Source of the DNA: a bacterium
GTDB taxonomy: Bacteria; Patescibacteriota; Minisyncoccia; Phycocordibacterales; JAUSHB01
Assembly: GCA_030648955.1 (NCBI GenBank)
Contig: JAUSHB010000010.1
Location: 13,556 to 77,555, forward strand
Reading direction: 5' to 3'
Length of the DNA: 64,000 bases
Both the position numbers and the translations under genes were made by a program. The first letter of the stretch is position 1. The number at the start of each line of letters is the position of its first letter. The notes beneath the pieces were generated by a model. It did no database searches. It was not told where the DNA came from and saw nothing but the letters and a program-made list of their open reading frames with translations. Positions 17,843-28,183 of this stretch are shown piece after piece.

Positions 17843-17872
17843 GTTGTTTAAAAAAACAAACATGTGCTTGTT
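17843..17872 (-). terminator. dnaK-dnaJ intergenic hairpin plus T-run (attenuator/terminator)
   Basis: Minus strand: AAAAAAACAAGCACATGTTTGTTTTTTT. Confidence 0.4.
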
Positions 17873-17886
17873 TTTTTAAATGAACG

Positions 17887-19821
17887 CTATTTTTGGGGCG
17901 CTTCTCCGCTATCCCCCTCTTTGAAATCCGCGTCGCGGACATTTCCGTCTTGCCCTGAACTTGTCGAGGGGTCGCCACCTTTTTTATCATCTTTTTTATC
18001 AGAGGATGTAGTACTGGCTTGCGCTTTTGCCATCGCTTCACCAATCTTTTGCATTTCAAGCGAAAGTTCTTCAGTCGCTTTCTTGATGACTGTTGAGTCA
18101 TTGCCGTCCTTAACGCCTTTGAGTGCCGTAACCTTTGCTTCAACAGCTGATTTTACTGGAGCAGGCACCTTGTCGCCTGCGTCGCGAAGTGATTTTTCCG
18201 CAGTATAGATGGTCTGCTCGGCAATGTTGCGCGCATCGACAGAATCCTTTTTCTGACGGTCCGTTTCTGCATTTGCTTCCGCCTCTTTACGCATACGTTC
18301 AATATCTTGTTCTGAAAGTCCCGAACGCGCCTCAATGCGAATTGATTGTTCTTTGCCGGAAGTTTTCTCGCGCGCTTTCACATTGAGAATGCCGTTTGCG
18401 TCAATATCAAAGGTCACTTCGACTTGTGGCATACCGCGAGGTGACGGCGGAACTCCGTCGAGAATGAAGCGACCAAGACTCTTGTTATCTGCCGCCATAG
18501 CGCGCTCTCCTTGCACGATATGAATCTCCACCGATGTCTGATTATCAGCGGCAGTTGAAAACACTTGAGATTTTGATGCTGGAATTGTGGTATTGCGTTC
18601 AATTAATTTTGTCGCGACTCCGCCGAGTGTTTCGATGCCAAGCGAAAGCGGAATAACATCAAGAAGCAAAACGTCTTTCACATCACCCTGCAAAATTCCC
18701 GCCTGAAGCGCGGCACCAAGAGCAACAACTTCGTCAGGGTTGATCGAGCGATTCGGCTCTTTTCCAAAAAGCTTTTTCACCGCATCGATAATGGCAGGCA
18801 TTCTCGTCTGACCTCCCACTAAGATCACTTCTTGAATTTCCCCTATTTTAAATGGTGATGCGCCGATCGCTTTTTTCGTGATCTCAATTGAACGATCAAT
18901 GTATTCGCGTGCAAGCTCTTCAAGAGTTGCGCGGGAAAACTTCAGAAGCAAGTGTTTTGGACCAGAAGCGTCGGAGGTAATGAATGGAATATTGATTTCT
19001 GCTTCAGTTGTTGTTGAGAGTTCATGCTTCGACTTTTCTGCCGCTTCCTTGAGCCTCTGAAGCGCTAAAACATCTTTGGTCACATCAATGCCACTTTCTT
19101 TTTTGTATTCATCGGCAATCCAGCGAATGATTTTTTGATCAATGTCTTCCCCGCCCATGTGCACATCGCCATCGGTTGACTTCACTTCGATGACATCATC
19201 GGCAACTTCAAGCACGGAAACGTCAAACGTACCACCACCGAAGTCATAGACAACGATTTTTTCATCTTTCTTTTTATTAAAACCATATGCAAGCGCCGCC
19301 GCGGTTGGTTCATTGATAATGCGCTTTACGTCAAAACCAGCTATCTTTCCGGCATCTTTGGTTGCCTGTCGCTGACTGTCATTAAAGTACGCGGGAACGG
19401 TAATCACTGCTTCAGTAATTTTTTCTCCAAGTTTTGCTTCTGCGTCGACTTTCAGTTTTTGAAGCACCATCGCTGAAATCTCTTCGGGGCGGTACCATTT
19501 CCCACCCATATCAACCTTAACCCCGTCATTATCGGCGCGTTCTATCGTAAATGAAACATTTTTTTTATCGCGAATTACCCCCTCATCATCAAAACGATGA
19601 CCAATCAAACGCTTGATACCAAAAAGTGTGTTCTTTGGATTGGTCACTGCCTGTCGCTTAGCTAAAAGACCGACGAGACGTTCCCCTGCTTTTGATTGAG
19701 CGATCACCGAGGGTGTAGTGCGTACCCCTTCGGCATTCTCAATAATCTTCGGCTCTCCGCCTTCCATAACCGCCATTGCTGAGTTTGTAGTTCCCAAATC
19801 TATACCTATTATTTTTGCCAT
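17887..19821 (-). CDS. dnaK: chaperone DnaK (Hsp70)
   Basis: [18 protein letters not shown] and full-length Hsp70 homology. Confidence 0.95.
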   Translation of the reverse strand: MAKIIGIDLGTTNSAMAVMEGGEPKIIENAEGVRTTPSVIAQSKAGERLVGLLAKRQAVTNPKNTLFGIKRLIGHRFDDEGVIRDKKNVSFTIERADNDGVKVDMGGKWYRPEEISAMVLQKLKVDAEAKLGEKITEAVITVPAYFNDSQRQATKDAGKIAGFDVKRIINEPTAAALAYGFNKKKDEKIVVYDFGGGTFDVSVLEVADDVIEVKSTDGDVHMGGEDIDQKIIRWIADEYKKESGIDVTKDVLALQRLKEAAEKSKHELSTTTEAEINIPFITSDASGPKHLLLKFSRATLEELAREYIDRSIEITKKAIGASPFKIGEIQEVILVGGQTRMPAIIDAVKKLFGKEPNRSINPDEVVALGAALQAGILQGDVKDVLLLDVIPLSLGIETLGGVATKLIERNTTIPASKSQVFSTAADNQTSVEIHIVQGERAMAADNKSLGRFILDGVPPSPRGMPQVEVTFDIDANGILNVKAREKTSGKEQSIRIEARSGLSEQDIERMRKEAEANAETDRQKKDSVDARNIAEQTIYTAEKSLRDAGDKVPAPVKSAVEAKVTALKGVKDGNDSTVIKKATEELSLEMQKIGEAMAKAQASTTSSDKKDDKKGGDPSTSSGQDGNVRDADFKEGDSGEAPQK

Positions 19822-19864
19822 AATTTTATTTTAAAATGATATTAATTAATGTTAAGTTTATGAT

Positions 19865-20476
19865 TTATAATTTTTCTTCAAACACTGCAACCTTAACATT
19901 GGGCGGTTTAATTATTTTTCCATTGAGCGCATATCCCTTCTGAACCACCGCGACAATTATATGATCTTCCTCCGGATTATCTGTTGGTACATTTTCAAAC
20001 GAAGCATGGTGCGTAGGATCAAATTTTTCTCCAACGGGATTTAGTTCTTTTAGCCCGTGTTGTATGAGCGTGCCCATAAGCTTACTGTGAATATACTCAA
20101 CGCCTGTCCGCCAATTTTTATCCACCTTCTCCCATGCTTCTTTGTTCCCAAATGCCATTTCAAAACTTTCAATGACGGGCAAAAGTTCTTCAATAAGACC
20201 TTCGTTCGCAAACTTAATGAAATTATTTCTGCTTTCTTCGTCAGATTTTCTTGCGTTTACGAAATCGGCTTTTGAGCGCTGCCATCCGAGAAGATATTCC
20301 TGTTTTTCTTTGACGCACACCTCGAGTTTTTGCCGTAACTTTTTCATGGCATCACGCGAAAGCGTTTCTCCTACCTCATCATCAATTTCCTTATCAAAGA
20401 TGACATCATCATACTCATTATTTTCACCCTTGTCAAGAGGGGTTTCGTCTTGATGATTGTTATTGTTTTTATTCAT
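19865..20476 (-). CDS. grpE: nucleotide exchange factor GrpE
   Basis: 203 aa with an acidic N-terminus, a coiled coil, and a C-terminal GrpE beta-domain. It sits immediately upstream of dnaK. Confidence 0.85.
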   Translation of the reverse strand: MNKNNNNHQDETPLDKGENNEYDDVIFDKEIDDEVGETLSRDAMKKLRQKLEVCVKEKQEYLLGWQRSKADFVNARKSDEESRNNFIKFANEGLIEELLPVIESFEMAFGNKEAWEKVDKNWRTGVEYIHSKLMGTLIQHGLKELNPVGEKFDPTHHASFENVPTDNPEEDHIIVAVVQKGYALNGKIIKPPNVKVAVFEEKL

Positions 20477-20637
20477 AGAAAAAAACGTGGTGCGTTATGT
20501 AAAGTATATACAAAATTATGGGAAAATTGAAGGGGCTATTTTAGCAGTTTTTTGAGGATGGGAAATTATTTATTTCCCCGCTTCAACTTAAGATAGGTGC
20601 GCACGATTTTTACTAAGGAAGTGATGATGGGGAATGG

Positions 20638-21033
20638 TTAAATTTTTTGATTTTCTTTTCGCAACTTCCAGGATTTTATGCCGATGACAACCAAGGAGAG
20701 AAGGAAAAAGGAAGGAAGAATAAAGAGGTATATTAAAATTTGTGCTTCACTTGAATCAAATTCATGTCTACCTATGACAGTAAGTGGATCAGTTACTGGC
20801 GCCGTTACCGCAAAATAGATGACGCCTAAAGAAATAACGAAAAATGCGACACAAAATTTCCACCACAGACGAAACACTTCTTCTTTTGAAAACGAGAGGA
20901 TTATCGCAAGAACTAGCATTGTAATTGCATAAATCCATAAATCACCAAGATCATCGCTCCCCATAAAACCGAGAATAGCGAAGGCAATCAAACAGGTAAA
21001 AACTATTTTTAAATACTTCATATTTGTATGCAT
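20638..21033 (-). CDS. small membrane protein (hypothetical)
   Basis: 131 aa with about 4 TM segments, downstream of the giant protein gene. Confidence 0.45.
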   Translation of the reverse strand: MHTNMKYLKIVFTCLIAFAILGFMGSDDLGDLWIYAITMLVLAIILSFSKEEVFRLWWKFCVAFFVISLGVIYFAVTAPVTDPLTVIGRHEFDSSEAQILIYLFILPSFFLLSLVVIGIKSWKLRKENQKI

Positions 21034-21047
21034 TAACTTTTAAACTC

Positions 21048-24000
21048 CTAATACCCGACCAGTAACTGTCCTTTGTCTGTCATCACCGTAACCACCGCAA
21101 TTCCCGGCTTTGATATTTTTATTTTTTTACTTTTTCCCTCTTCAACCTCATCCACAATCTTGGTTTCGTTGATTGCTTGTTTATATTTCGTTTCAATTTT
21201 GCGCATATCCTTAAGATGAATTTCTTGAGAGAGTGACTTTAGTATATCATTTTTGAATTTCCATTCATATTCGAGTGTTGTTTTTGGTGTTGCTGTGGCA
21301 ATGCCATTGTAGATGATCGTATTAAAAACAACCTTAATTTCCGTGGGTTCTTCTTCGTACTCAAGGAAAGGGATGTTGGTTGTGTTGCCTGCTTCGTCGG
21401 TAATCGTGGTGCTGGTTGCGGTGGTGTTTACCGTAGTGGATGAGAGATTATCGATGCCCGTGATAAAAAATTTGTTGGCAGCGGGGTCAAAAGTAAAACG
21501 TGCTTCTGGTGGGGTTGCATCATAGATAGTGGTACCGCCAAGAGTTGGTTTAAGTGTGGAATCGATTGTGTTATCGTTGTTGAAATCAATCGCGAGTGTA
21601 GTCGTAGTTGAAAGTACTCCTGTCCATGTAAGAGTCACTTGTGTGGTTGTAGCAGTGGGAATAGCTTCGTAGGTGGTGGAAGCCATGACAATGTCGCCAC
21701 GAAGCTCTTCAAGGTCAAGAGTGAACGAACCTGAAGCGTAGGCATCAAGTTTTACGGTATGCAAAGTATCGGCAGAAACAATGATAATTTTGGTATCACC
21801 AAGAGTGTAGTAAGTACTACCCTTGATGCCTTCTTCAATCAATCCCGTGGTCGTCGAGATACCAGTATGGTTGCCTGCTTGGTCATAGATGTTGAGGTTG
21901 AGGGGTGAATGAAGTTGATACTTGATATATGGTTTTGTGGAGACAAGTAATGAAGAATCATTGGTAATATATTGTTCAGGGGTCGAACTGCTTATGACAA
22001 TCGAATGGATGAAGGAGCGAAGGGGATCAACTTCAAGAATATTTTTGTGCTCACGGTCAATTGTTGATGTTAAATTGTTATACTTTCCCAAATCCACCCA
22101 CCACTTTTGCGTCATTGAAGAAGTCGGCATGAGATGCGCGCTTTCTTCCACCACTGTTTTGTCGCCGTTTAACGTTACCTTATCTTGAATTTTAATGACA
22201 TCAACATATCTCTCACAAATAATTGGTTGTGGTGCGCCGATTGTTTGCGGTGTCGATGGGGGATCTCTGGGGATACATACTTTATTCTTTTCGTAACGAA
22301 TCACCGCGGGAGTATATATCCCCCACCCTGCGATTTCATAAACCATAGTCGATGTGGCAGGAGTCCATTGGTCGAGCGTCGCGTGGATTGTTTCGGCGTT
22401 TGAAAGCAGGGTTGAATTTCCAATCGCAGGAGAAGAAAGATCGTCATAGGCAGGTACAGCCCGTCCGTCACCGCCCGTGAGATAATCTGCAAGCTCATCA
22501 TAGGTGTCGATGGTATCGCCATAACGTGCTGAGATTACGGGACTCACTGCGTTTCCTCCAAACTCAATGAGCGGCGTTGAGGAGCCGATGTATGCACGCG
22601 ATGGAAGGAGATTGTATCCCGTTGGCATATTGTGCAAAAGGTCACGAACGCGCTCCGCATCCATGAGAAAACCTAATGGACCAAGACTTCCGCCATGAAG
22701 AAGCTGGCCGACAGTGTCAGGCGTTCCTGCTTGGGGAACGGCGACAAAAATAACATTGTCGATTCTGTCGTAGAGGGGGTCGTTGGCCTCCTTCAGTTTT
22801 TGAATGAGCGCCTTGGTGACGAGTCCACCGTTTGAATGCGCAACGATGGTGACCTTTTGGGTCTTCGACGAATCCGCGAGTATTTTCAACTGCTTGTATA
22901 GGTAACTATTTGTGAACCCTTGCGGGGTACTGTATGAAATCCCGTCAGTTGATGTTGCGCCATTCTGAAGAATATCCTCGAGTGAGAGCCGCCAATCGTA
23001 TGCGATCATAGAGTAATCGTTGATGATGTGATCGGCTTCTTTCCACTTCTTGAGGTCGTTTATAAACGATTGGTAAATATTGGAAGCATATACTTCATCA
23101 ATAACACCAGCGGTGCCTTCTTTTGTGTATAACGAGTTAATGCTCTTCCCTGCTCCATTGAGTACGAGGCGTTGGTGATTGCAGTCCAGTATTGAAACCC
23201 AGCGTTCTTTTTCATTGTTAAATACTCCACAATCGCTGCTTTTTTCAAACAGTCTTGATCCCATCATCCCCGGCAAAAACAGAACGTTGGAATAACAGTC
23301 GGCGGTGCAGGGAGGGGGTATATTGTTCCACCCATCTTGTGTTGTCCACGGAAGATTATCCTGCCCGCCATAAAAAATATATGGCGAATCGCAGAAGTTG
23401 TCGTTATTTGAATCACTACAACCCTCTGCTGTCGTATCAAAGTTACTCCAGTAGTTGCCACCGATTGATGGGGTGAGATTAAAAACATTACCGTTGCCAC
23501 CATTGACACGAGCCTGCGTAAAGTTGCCGATAAGATTGTTGTTGTAAACTTGGTTGTTGTTGGAAGAGAATAGATAGATTCCGTAAACGTTATTGTTTGA
23601 TGCAGTGTTGTTTGTCAGAATGTTGTTACTGGATAAGGAAAATAAGATTCCATAAAAGTTGTTCCCTAACACAGTGTTGTTTGTCAGTGTGTTATTGTTT
23701 GAGGAACCATAGAGGAGAATTCCGGAGTTGTTGTTTGATGCGATATTGTTTGTCAGAACGTTATTGCTACTGGAAGAGTCGAGATAGATTCCAGAGTTAT
23801 TGTTTGAGGAATTTACGTTCGCAATTGTGGATGAGCTTGTTTGTATGAGAAATAAGCCGTTGTTTTTCTTCGTTATCGAACCGTCAATTGTGATATTGTT
23901 TATATTTGAACCGCCGGCGTTGCACAGTATCAATTCAGAAAAAGTTTCATTACTTAAGGTAACCGCGCTGTTGAAGTATCTGATTGGTCTCCCGCCGGAA

Positions 24001-24977
24001 CCAATAGTGTTGGTAATACTGTTGTCACAATGGCTATCTGACGATACTTGAACATGAAGGTCGTCGGAAGAGTTTTCCTGCGCAACATTGTTCATCAGAA
24101 TATTATTACTGGAAAAGTAGAGGTAGATTCCAAAACCATTTGAACTCGCGGTATTGTTGGTTAAAGTGTTGTTGTTACTAAGATATCCAAGAAAGATTCC
24201 GTAACTATTTGAGGTCGTAGTGTTGTTGGTTAAAGTGTTGTTGGATCCACGGAGTAAGATTCCATTCAAAAATTTCTTAACATTTAAATTCTTGATAGTA
24301 ACGCCAGTCCTTCCAGAAAATCCGGAAAGATAGACACCGTTTCCCGTATTGCTCCCGGTTAACATGTGGCTGTTGCCGTCAAGCGTTATGCCATTGCTGT
24401 CGATCTGAATGGTCTCGGTTAAATCCACATTCAGTGTGCAGGTTTTAATAGCGGAATCCCAGTTGCCAATCAAAGTGCAATCGCCGCCAGTGGCATCATC
24501 ACGAATGAACTTGGTGCTTTTGTGGGTTTGGATAAAGACAATGTGGGGAGTTGAAATGTCTTGCGTGTATGAATATGCGCCGTTTTCGTCAGTGGTAAAT
24601 TGAGTCAGGTTGTGATAATTGTCTTCATATTTATAGTAAGTGGTTGAGGTAGTAAAACCATAAAGGGTGATCTGGGTTGAGGTTGCAATTAAAAGAGCGG
24701 GCGACTCAATCGTCATTGTTACCATGTTGGGAACCGACTCCATTCTAAGTTTGATTACTTCTGTGCTGTCTAAACTGATATTTAAATATGCGCTGTCGGT
24801 GATAGAAAAGTTTGCGCTCGTACCTTCTACGACGCCTGATCGTGTCGATGGTTCAAACGATGGCAACTCTTGAGCTCTTGCGCGATCAGCGAATAAGAAT
24901 ACCCCTGCGACAAAAACCGCCGCAAGTACAAGATGGGGCGCAAAGAAAAACTGTGATTTTAGGTTCGATATATTCAT
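21048..24977 (-). CDS. giant secreted multi-domain protein: signal peptide, parallel beta-helix repeats, lipase-like alpha/beta hydrolase, C-terminal beta-rich domains
   Basis: Signal peptide MNISNLKSQFFFAPHLVLAAVFVAGVFLFADRARA. Repeated N-N-x-[TL]-x-N-N-T-A-S-N-N / GIYL units indicate a right-handed beta-helix. The motif VLFLPGMMGSRL ... VTIVAHSNGGLV is a G-H-S-x-G nucleophile elbow of the PGAP1/LCAT-like lipase type. The C-terminal 400 aa are Thr-rich and Ig-like. Confidence 0.8.
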   Translation of the reverse strand: MNISNLKSQFFFAPHLVLAAVFVAGVFLFADRARAQELPSFEPSTRSGVVEGTSANFSITDSAYLNISLDSTEVIKLRMESVPNMVTMTIESPALLIATSTQITLYGFTTSTTYYKYEDNYHNLTQFTTDENGAYSYTQDISTPHIVFIQTHKSTKFIRDDATGGDCTLIGNWDSAIKTCTLNVDLTETIQIDSNGITLDGNSHMLTGSNTGNGVYLSGFSGRTGVTIKNLNVKKFLNGILLRGSNNTLTNNTTTSNSYGIFLGYLSNNNTLTNNTASSNGFGIYLYFSSNNILMNNVAQENSSDDLHVQVSSDSHCDNSITNTIGSGGRPIRYFNSAVTLSNETFSELILCNAGGSNINNITIDGSITKKNNGLFLIQTSSSTIANVNSSNNNSGIYLDSSSSNNVLTNNIASNNNSGILLYGSSNNNTLTNNTVLGNNFYGILFSLSSNNILTNNTASNNNVYGIYLFSSNNNQVYNNNLIGNFTQARVNGGNGNVFNLTPSIGGNYWSNFDTTAEGCSDSNNDNFCDSPYIFYGGQDNLPWTTQDGWNNIPPPCTADCYSNVLFLPGMMGSRLFEKSSDCGVFNNEKERWVSILDCNHQRLVLNGAGKSINSLYTKEGTAGVIDEVYASNIYQSFINDLKKWKEADHIINDYSMIAYDWRLSLEDILQNGATSTDGISYSTPQGFTNSYLYKQLKILADSSKTQKVTIVAHSNGGLVTKALIQKLKEANDPLYDRIDNVIFVAVPQAGTPDTVGQLLHGGSLGPLGFLMDAERVRDLLHNMPTGYNLLPSRAYIGSSTPLIEFGGNAVSPVISARYGDTIDTYDELADYLTGGDGRAVPAYDDLSSPAIGNSTLLSNAETIHATLDQWTPATSTMVYEIAGWGIYTPAVIRYEKNKVCIPRDPPSTPQTIGAPQPIICERYVDVIKIQDKVTLNGDKTVVEESAHLMPTSSMTQKWWVDLGKYNNLTSTIDREHKNILEVDPLRSFIHSIVISSSTPEQYITNDSSLLVSTKPYIKYQLHSPLNLNIYDQAGNHTGISTTTGLIEEGIKGSTYYTLGDTKIIIVSADTLHTVKLDAYASGSFTLDLEELRGDIVMASTTYEAIPTATTTQVTLTWTGVLSTTTTLAIDFNNDNTIDSTLKPTLGGTTIYDATPPEARFTFDPAANKFFITGIDNLSSTTVNTTATSTTITDEAGNTTNIPFLEYEEEPTEIKVVFNTIIYNGIATATPKTTLEYEWKFKNDILKSLSQEIHLKDMRKIETKYKQAINETKIVDEVEEGKSKKIKISKPGIAVVTVMTDKGQLLVGY

Positions 24978-25107
24978 AACATCTACACCCTAGCAGAGTT
25001 GTTCAGGGGGTCAACAGGCAAGTTTCTAGCCCTTTTCTCCCGCAATTCTGTAAACTAACATTTACTCCCTAATGCGCCTTAGGGGCACGGGCGACACTAG
25101 CCATCGC

Positions 25108-25680
25108 TTAGCGTTTAGACCACTGCGGAGCTTTGCGGGCTTTTTTAAGACCGAATTTTCGGCGTTCTTTCATTCTTGGATCTCGCTTGAGAAAACCAAG
25201 TTTCTTCAAACGCTTACGAAGTTCCAAATCATATTTTACAAGCGCACGAGAAATGCCATGGCGAAGCGCTTCCGCTTGGGAATGAATCCCTCCGCCGTAG
25301 AGACGTCCTTCAACATGAAACTTTGTTAAAACTTTTGATTTGAGACCTGCATCGGCGACAATCATCTGAAGTTCTTTGGTTGGGAAATATGTGGCGAGGT
25401 CTTTGTGGTTGATAGTAAAGGTATTCTTTGAGCTTTCTGTAATTCTCACACGAGCAACAGATGTTTTCCTTCTTCCAATAGCAGAAATATATCGCCCCGT
25501 TGTTTTTGTGGTTGGTTTTTCAACATCCCGCACAAGTGCGTGATCTTCTTCCTGTGGTGTAGAAATTGCACGCGCTGACGTAGTCGCAACTTTTTTAGCG
25601 GTTGGCTTGGTTTTTGTTTTTACCCCTTTGACTGCGAGCGACTCAACAGGGGTGCTTGTGGTTTTTGTATCGTTTTCCAT
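25108..25680 (-). CDS. rpsI: 30S ribosomal protein S9 with about 60-aa low-complexity N-terminal extension
   Basis: C-terminal 125 aa: ...GRRKTSVARVRI ... GGGIHSQAEALRHGISRAL ... KKARKAPQWSKR. The N-terminus is T/K/A-rich, so the true start may be internal. Confidence 0.85.
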   Translation of the reverse strand: MENDTKTTSTPVESLAVKGVKTKTKPTAKKVATTSARAISTPQEEDHALVRDVEKPTTKTTGRYISAIGRRKTSVARVRITESSKNTFTINHKDLATYFPTKELQMIVADAGLKSKVLTKFHVEGRLYGGGIHSQAEALRHGISRALVKYDLELRKRLKKLGFLKRDPRMKERRKFGLKKARKAPQWSKR

Positions 25681-25709
25681 AAATAATTATTCAAATTATA
25701 TTTACATTA

Positions 25710-26066
25710 CTACAGACTAATTTTAAGATTCTTCATCATTAACGGACGGATACTGTTGCGCGCCAACATTCGAGTAATCGCCTTGATAAGAACCTCTTCA
25801 TATCCCTTTTTTGCGATCATGCTTTCAAGCGTCTGCTCTTTAAGACCGCCCGGATATCCGGAATATGATTGATATATTTTTTGCTTTGTTTTCTTTAATG
25901 AAATGGAAAGTTTTGATGCATTAATAATCTCTACTTTTGAAGTAGGGATGGTATGTCGTTCAAATGAAGGAGAATTCTTACCACGTAATGAGGCCGCCGC
26001 TTCGGTCGCAACCCTGCCAATCGTTCTTCCTGTCGCATCAATAGTATGTGTTTTTGTTGTTGTCAT
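25710..26066 (-). CDS. rplM: 50S ribosomal protein L13
   Basis: IDATGRTIGRVATEAAASLRGK ... GYPGGLK. Confidence 0.85.
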   Translation of the reverse strand: MTTTKTHTIDATGRTIGRVATEAAASLRGKNSPSFERHTIPTSKVEIINASKLSISLKKTKQKIYQSYSGYPGGLKEQTLESMIAKKGYEEVLIKAITRMLARNSIRPLMMKNLKISL

Positions 26067-26077
26067 AATTATAGTAT

Positions 26078-26428
26078 CTAAACAAATTCAATGATCGCCA
26101 TTTTACTTGCATCTCCTTGACGCGGAGTGAGCTTCACAATTCGTGTATAACCACCCGTACGCTCTTTGTATCGAGGTGCTATTTTCTCTACAAGCTTTTT
26201 AGTGGCACTTTCATTACCCAACCGAGACACCAATAGCCTGCGAGAAAAAACATCTCCCTTGCGCCCACGTGTTACCATTTTTTCAATATATGGTCTAAGT
26301 TCTTTTGCTTTTGCTTCCGTTGTTCTAATCTTCTCTTTTATTATAAGAGAGCAAGCAAGAGAACGAATCAGCGCTTGGCGTTGGTCGGCCGTTCTTCCAA
26401 ATTTTCTAATTGCGTTGTGGTGTTTCAT
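26078..26428 (-). CDS. rplQ: 50S ribosomal protein L17
   Basis: MKHHNAIRKFGRTADQRQALIRSL ... GGYTRIVKL. Confidence 0.9.
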   Translation of the reverse strand: MKHHNAIRKFGRTADQRQALIRSLACSLIIKEKIRTTEAKAKELRPYIEKMVTRGRKGDVFSRRLLVSRLGNESATKKLVEKIAPRYKERTGGYTRIVKLTPRQGDASKMAIIEFV

Positions 26429-26450
26429 GGTTAAACCAATATTAAAGTTA

Positions 26451-26469
26451 AAAAATCAAAGTTTAAAAT
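26451..26469. repeat. AT-rich element core AAAAATCAAAGTTTAAAAT (family copy i)
   Basis: The same 19-mer, or its reverse complement, recurs at 37703-37721, 57190-57208 and, as a variant, at 60924-60956. Confidence 0.6.
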
Positions 26470-26550
26470 TTTTGTATTCGCCTGTCTGCGTGCATCGCAC
26501 AGGCAGGCCAGCGACGAATACCATGATTTTTCATTTTGATATTTGCATTT

Positions 26551-27513
26551 TTATTTTTCCCTAAGAACTAGGCCAAGATTCCCAAGCGCCCGCCTGATTT
26601 CCTGAATTCCCTTTTCGCCAAGTCCCTCGAGCTCAAGAAGATCTTCTTCACTTTTCTTGGAAAGTCCCCCTACGGTTCTGATGTTTGCGCTTGCAAGAGC
26701 ATTCGCAGTACGCGTCGAGAGATCGAGACTTTCGACTTTCATTTTTGAAACTTCTTCTTCGTCGGTGGTTTTGATTGCGTTTCCTTCGCTAATATCAACT
26801 CCACTTGAAACAAACTCTTCTTCCTTAAATCCAACAATCGACTTAAGTTGATTGATCATTATCTCGATTGATTTCTCGAGTGCTTCACGTGGAGTAAGTG
26901 TTCCATCTGTCTCAATGGAAATTTTGAGCCTGTTGTGGTCTGTCCTATCACCTACGCGCATGTTTTCTACTTCGTAATTCACGCGACGAATTGGAGTAAA
27001 TATAGCATCTACCGCAATAGTTCCAATGTCCACTTTTTCTTTTTGATGTACATCTTTTGCAATATACCCGAGACCTTTCTCGACTCTCAATTCTATATCA
27101 AGCGTTGTTCCCTTGTCAGTAATAGTAGCGATCGGAGCATCTTTTGATAATACTTCAACTTGACCGGGAACTTTGATGTCTGCCGCCGAAACATTTTTTA
27201 CACCCTTCACCGTCAATGTTACGGTTTGCGGTTCATCAGTCAACATCTTGAACCGTACTTTTTTTAAATTAAGCAATATGGTGATAACATCTTCTTTCAC
27301 GCCTTGAATGGTTGAAAACTCATGTGACACGCCACTGATCTTTACAGACGTAATCGCCGCTCCCGGAAGAGACGAGAGAATGATCCTTCGTAATGAATTA
27401 CCAAGTGTGTGACCATATCCCGGGTACAAACCGTCAATCTCGTAAACACCGGAGATTGCATCTTCGGAGATTACACGAGGTTTTGAGGGAAGAATGACAT
27501 TGTATTCAGGCAT
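26551..27513 (-). CDS. rpoA: DNA-directed RNA polymerase alpha subunit
   Basis: N-terminal dimerisation domain and a C-terminal domain (...EDLLELEGLGEKGIQEIRRAL). Confidence 0.9.
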   Translation of the reverse strand: MPEYNVILPSKPRVISEDAISGVYEIDGLYPGYGHTLGNSLRRIILSSLPGAAITSVKISGVSHEFSTIQGVKEDVITILLNLKKVRFKMLTDEPQTVTLTVKGVKNVSAADIKVPGQVEVLSKDAPIATITDKGTTLDIELRVEKGLGYIAKDVHQKEKVDIGTIAVDAIFTPIRRVNYEVENMRVGDRTDHNRLKISIETDGTLTPREALEKSIEIMINQLKSIVGFKEEEFVSSGVDISEGNAIKTTDEEEVSKMKVESLDLSTRTANALASANIRTVGGLSKKSEEDLLELEGLGEKGIQEIRRALGNLGLVLREK

Positions 27514-27557
27514 AAATTTCGAAATAATTAATAAATAATAAATTCCAATAATAAAAT

Positions 27558-28169
27558 TTATCTGCTGTAAAATTCAATAACTGAAGCTAGGTTAAACGTC
27601 ATCTCTCCTTCTGCAAGTTTAGGGCTCGAAGCAAGAGTCCCCTTAAGTTGCACCGGGTCCATTGTCGCCCAGTATGGAGTTTTATGCTTTTCGAGGCGCT
27701 CAGCTAATCCTGAAAAAAGTACTTTTGATTTGCTTCCCTCACGTATTGCAAGAACGTCTCCCGTTTTGACACGATACGATGGAACATTCATTCTTTTTCC
27801 ATTCACGGTAATGTGCCCATGTGACACCATTTGGCGAGCAGTCGATCGAGCAGTAGCAAACCCCAAGCGGTATGCGACATTATCAAGACGTGACTCAAGA
27901 TTCTCATAGAGTCGCTCAACGGGATTTGTTCCTGATTTCGAAGAAGCTTCTTTCACATAGTTTGAAAATTGTTTTTCACGAAGTCCATACGTATTGCGCA
28001 CCTTCTGCTTTTCACGAAGCTGAGTACCAAACTCGGAAACACTTCCACGATGCTTGCGATCGCTATCCCGAATACCAGGAGGGTACGGCTTTTTTACCGA
28101 GGCGCATTTATCGCCACGCCCACAAATACTTTCTCCTAATCTTCTACATGTTTTACAACTTATTCTCAT
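27558..28169 (-). CDS. rpsD: 30S ribosomal protein S4
   Basis: Zn-ribbon CKTCRRLGESICGRGDKC, and an S4 domain HGHITVNGKRMNVPSYRVKTGDVL. Confidence 0.9.
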   Translation of the reverse strand: MRISCKTCRRLGESICGRGDKCASVKKPYPPGIRDSDRKHRGSVSEFGTQLREKQKVRNTYGLREKQFSNYVKEASSKSGTNPVERLYENLESRLDNVAYRLGFATARSTARQMVSHGHITVNGKRMNVPSYRVKTGDVLAIREGSKSKVLFSGLAERLEKHKTPYWATMDPVQLKGTLASSPKLAEGEMTFNLASVIEFYSR

Positions 28170-28183
28170 ATCAGTTAAAATAA

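Noticed and set aside
26429-26550. Imperfect hairpin GCCTGTCTGCGTG...CGCACAGGCAGGC in the rplQ-rpoA spacer as a terminator
   Set aside because: The stems do not pair cleanly (CGCAGACAGG versus CGCACAGGCAGG). It is probably only a weak attenuator, so it is not listed as a feature.
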